From contig JAJEFD010000018.1 of NCBI GenBank assembly GCA_022820645.1, positions 95,252 through 159,251 of the forward strand: DNA of 64,000 bases, in the 5' to 3' direction. The notes beneath the pieces were generated by a model. It did no database searches, was not told where the DNA came from, and saw nothing but the letters and a program-made list of their open reading frames with translations. Positions 61,062 to 64,000 of the stretch are shown here, one piece after another (position 1 is the stretch's first letter; each line of letters opens with the position of its first letter). The DNA comes from Dehalococcoidia bacterium (GTDB taxonomy: Bacteria; Chloroflexota; Dehalococcoidia; Lucifugimonadales; Australimonadaceae). The position numbers and the translations under genes were made by a program.

Positions 61062-63976
61062 CAGTTGCTCTCTCCTATGAGGTCTCGCAGGGCTTGCACG
61101 GAATCGTCCAACTCCTGTGCGCCGCCCTGCATAGATTCTAACGCCTGCGCGATTCCGTCGAGGATACGCAGCAATTCGTCGCGCGATATGCCTTCCACCG
61201 GCTCGCCGGTATCCGGGGCCACGGTCACCTGCGCGTCGCCGAGCAGCGCAGCCACGGCCTCGTCCAGCGTCGGCTCCATCACGACCTTCGTGTTCGTGGC
61301 GAGGATGACGCGTTTCAGCTCAGGGAACGCGAGCGACTCCGCGCGCAGGTAGATGGGCTCCGCGTAGAGCAGCGTCTCGCCGATGGGGATGACGAGCAGG
61401 TTGCCGCGGTAGACCTGCGAGCCGGACTGGTTCCAGAGCGTGAACTGCTCCGATATGACCGGGTCGTTGTCGATGCGGGCCTCGATCTGGCTGGGGCCGT
61501 TGAAGATGCGCTCGCGCGGGAACTCGAAGACGATGCTCTCCCCGTAGTTCGGGCCGTCCGAGCGCGCCGCCATCCACGCCACGAGGTTGGGCTTGTCCTT
61601 GGGCGTGAACGGCAGGATGAGGACGAACTCTGTCACGTCCTCGCCCGGCACCTTCATGATGACGTAGTACGGCGTGATGGTGCGGTTGCGCGGGCCCAGC
61701 GGCCTTCCGTCGTCCCCGATTACGTCCGTCCCAACGACCTCCTGCGCGAACTCCCACTCATCCTCCTTCAGGAAGAACTCCTTCACGTCCGTCATGTGGT
61801 ACTGGAGGAACGTGTCGGCCTGGGCGCGCAGCAGCTCCTCCGGGTAGCGGATGTGCTCGCGCAGGCCCGGAGGCATCTTCTCGATCGGCGTGAACAGGTC
61901 CGGGAAGATGTTGCGGTAGGTCTGGAGCACGGGGTCCCGCCCGCCTGTCTCGATGGTGTAGAAGTCCATGGAGCCGTCGAAGGCGTCTATCACCACCTTC
62001 ACGCTGTTGCGGATGTAGTTGAACGGCCGCTCGAAACCGGTGAAGTCGCCGTTGAAGCCCACCCTGCTGCTGTCGATGCGGCGGGAGTAGGGGAAGCGGT
62101 CGGTCGTGGTGAACGCGTCCTGTATCCAGTACAGGCGTCCGTCGTTGATCACGAGGTACGGGTCGTCGTCGAGTTCGAGGAAGGGCGCGACCTCGCCAAC
62201 GCGCTCCCTGATATTGCGGCGGTAGAGCACCTTGCTCTCCGGCGTGAGCTGGCGGCTGAGCAAGATGTTGACGTCGAGCAACTCCCACGCGTAGACGGCG
62301 CGTCTGAAGAAGCTGCTCAGCGGAACGCCGCCCTTCCCGTCGTAGCGGTCGAGGAACTCGGGACTCCCGGTCTCCTCCCCGGCGGGGCGGTCGAACTGCG
62401 GCTCGTTGGTGTTCACGACGATGGCGTCGTTCGTGACGATGCCGGGCCGGACCTCGGCGGCCACGTCCGGGTCGAGATTCAGGCGGTCGATGTACTCTTC
62501 CTCGTCGATGCCGTACGCCTCGCCGTAGTAGACGCGCGGCTGCGTGATCTCGAACGCGCCGGTCGGGGGAACGTCACGCACGATGAAGTCGGGCTGGCCG
62601 GACTCGCTGAACGTCGTGGCGGTGCTCATCACCGCGCCGTAGCCGTGGGTGTAGATGACGGCGCGGTTCACCCAGTTCTGCGCGGCGTCGTCCAACCCGC
62701 TCTGGAAGAGCTCGCGCGCGCCGAGAAGCACCTGCCGGTACTCACCGTCCACGACGTAGCGGTCCACGTCCACGTCCAGGAACGAGTAGTAGAGGCGCAG
62801 GTGCTGCAGCTGGTTCAACACAGCCTCCAGCGGGCGCGGGTCCCACAGGCGTATGTTCCGGATCGTCTCCGGGCTCTGGGCGATGCCCTCTGCCAGCGTC
62901 TCCTCACGCACGTCGTGGAGCCGCGTGTCCACGCGCCCGAGGTCGAAGCCGCTGCGCGTCCACTCGATGTTGCGCTCGATGTAGGGGCGCTCACGCTGCA
63001 ACTCCGACGGCGCGACGGCGAGCCGCTGCGTCAGCGCGGGCCACCCGAGCCCGGCGACTATCCCCGCGATGAGCCACAGCCCGAACGCGGCGAAGATGAG
63101 CCGGAGCGACTGCCGCAGGTTCGCCACGCGGATCGCGTACAGCATGATGCCGGCGGAGAGCAGCGCGATGACGGTGAGCACCAGCAGCGCGGGCAGGCGC
63201 GCGTTCACGTCGGTGTAGGCCGTGCCGGTCACCGCGCCCGCGGGCGAGAAGAGCGTCTCGTAGCGGTCGAGGAAGTGCGCGAAAGCGATGGTCACCATGA
63301 GCCACGCGCCGGTGAGCGCCAGTTGCGTGCGCGCGCCGGTGCCGATGGCCGGGTTTATCCCGCGTGCGCTGAAGATGAGCATGTACAGCCCTGTCGTCGT
63401 GACGAGGGTGACGAGGGCGAGGCCCATCAACCATCCCTGGACGGTGTGCAGCACGGGCAGGACGAACGTGTAGAAGCCCACGTCGTTGTGGAACTGCGGG
63501 TCCTCGATGCCGAAGTCCGCCGCGTTCATGAACAACAGGAAGTTGCCGTACTGGTTCGACAGGCTGGACGCGAACGTGAACGCGATGAATCCCCCCATCG
63601 CGACCGAACCCACGATGAGCGATAGCCGTATCCACTGGATCGTCGCCAGCGAGAAGCGGAAGACGCTCTCGCCCCACGCATACCGGAACGCGGCGTAGTA
63701 GCTCAGCCAGAGCGCGCCGCCGCTGATCAACAGGCCGGCGATGAAGAGCCACACGCGCGTGAACAGCACGGTGCTGTAGACGCTGCGCAGGCCCAGGTGA
63801 GAGAACCAGAGCCAGTTCGTGTACGCCCCCCGCAGCAGGTCCAGCAGCAGGTACAGCGCGAACAGGCCCGCGAGCACGACGCCCGCCTGGAAGAAGAGGC
63901 TCTCACGGGAGAAGAGCGTCCGGAGCCACTCCGGCAGTTCGCCTTCCTCGTAGTCGTCCGGGGGGCGCGTGGTCAT
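61061..63976 (-). CDS. UPF0182-family large membrane protein
   Basis: 971 aa. About 7 N-terminal TM helices, then a large soluble region with the family-typical pattern (NxRLWD, VIYTHGYG, YYVxMKxPGE, LIPIG). Confidence 0.8.
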   Translation of the reverse strand: MTTRPPDDYEEGELPEWLRTLFSRESLFFQAGVVLAGLFALYLLLDLLRGAYTNWLWFSHLGLRSVYSTVLFTRVWLFIAGLLISGGALWLSYYAAFRYAWGESVFRFSLATIQWIRLSLIVGSVAMGGFIAFTFASSLSNQYGNFLLFMNAADFGIEDPQFHNDVGFYTFVLPVLHTVQGWLMGLALVTLVTTTGLYMLIFSARGINPAIGTGARTQLALTGAWLMVTIAFAHFLDRYETLFSPAGAVTGTAYTDVNARLPALLVLTVIALLSAGIMLYAIRVANLRQSLRLIFAAFGLWLIAGIVAGLGWPALTQRLAVAPSELQRERPYIERNIEWTRSGFDLGRVDTRLHDVREETLAEGIAQSPETIRNIRLWDPRPLEAVLNQLQHLRLYYSFLDVDVDRYVVDGEYRQVLLGARELFQSGLDDAAQNWVNRAVIYTHGYGAVMSTATTFSESGQPDFIVRDVPPTGAFEITQPRVYYGEAYGIDEEEYIDRLNLDPDVAAEVRPGIVTNDAIVVNTNEPQFDRPAGEETGSPEFLDRYDGKGGVPLSSFFRRAVYAWELLDVNILLSRQLTPESKVLYRRNIRERVGEVAPFLELDDDPYLVINDGRLYWIQDAFTTTDRFPYSRRIDSSRVGFNGDFTGFERPFNYIRNSVKVVIDAFDGSMDFYTIETGGRDPVLQTYRNIFPDLFTPIEKMPPGLREHIRYPEELLRAQADTFLQYHMTDVKEFFLKEDEWEFAQEVVGTDVIGDDGRPLGPRNRTITPYYVIMKVPGEDVTEFVLILPFTPKDKPNLVAWMAARSDGPNYGESIVFEFPRERIFNGPSQIEARIDNDPVISEQFTLWNQSGSQVYRGNLLVIPIGETLLYAEPIYLRAESLAFPELKRVILATNTKVVMEPTLDEAVAALLGDAQVTVAPDTGEPVEGISRDELLRILDGIAQALESMQGGAQELDDSVQALRDLIGESN

Positions 63977-64000
63977 GGCATCCCGCTCCTCAGACGACAG

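Overview
High-G+C bacterial chromosomal segment, densely coding on both strands. Many long antisense ORFs in the track are GC-driven shadows. The gene content includes type III PanK, AcpS, UPF0182, many Rieske/LigB/amidohydrolase paralogues, lipoproteins with Pro/Thr linkers, and small GC-rich intergenic hairpin repeats. That mix suggests an uncultured Chloroflexota-like (SAR202 or sponge-associated style) organism, but this is only a guess. Housekeeping genes: valS, coaX-coaBC, nnr-acpS, folD, argS, amt, rpe, argH/argG/argD and five tRNAs (Arg, Leu, Val, a second GCG-anticodon tRNA, Ser). Accessory genes: three Rieske oxygenases, two LigB-type extradiol dioxygenases, an amidohydrolase, a bicupin, three toxin-antitoxin remnants or modules, chrA, sodC and several MFS/DMT transporters. 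Five observations stand out. (1) A translationally coupled minus-strand cassette (25411-29510) encodes a 4-TM protein, a fatty-acid-hydroxylase-family enzyme, a GH3 acyl-acid amido synthetase and an enolase-superfamily racemase/epimerase-like enzyme, followed by Rieske, PanB-like and Nudix genes. (2) A Fur/Zur-headed operon (49241-52626) has a ZnuA-type binding protein split by a roughly 390-aa propeller-like insertion flanked by two His-rich tracts. That operon also carries an acidic 4-Cys protein and an apparently Cys-less relative of a small zinc-ribbon family, with no ABC permease or ATPase nearby. (3) There is a clear eukaryote-like sterol 24-C-methyltransferase homologue (52725-53747). 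(4) A low-G+C islet lies beside a tRNA, with a duplicated gene 3' end bracketing a zinc-ribbon gene and a seven-repeat RCC1-like lipoprotein. (5) Two tRNAs fold with the anticodon GCG, which is unusual for bacteria. No CRISPR array, integrase, transposase or rRNA was seen. CDS coordinates come from the ORF track. Starts that I refined, and all non-CDS coordinates, were derived by hand and may be off by 1-2 nt.
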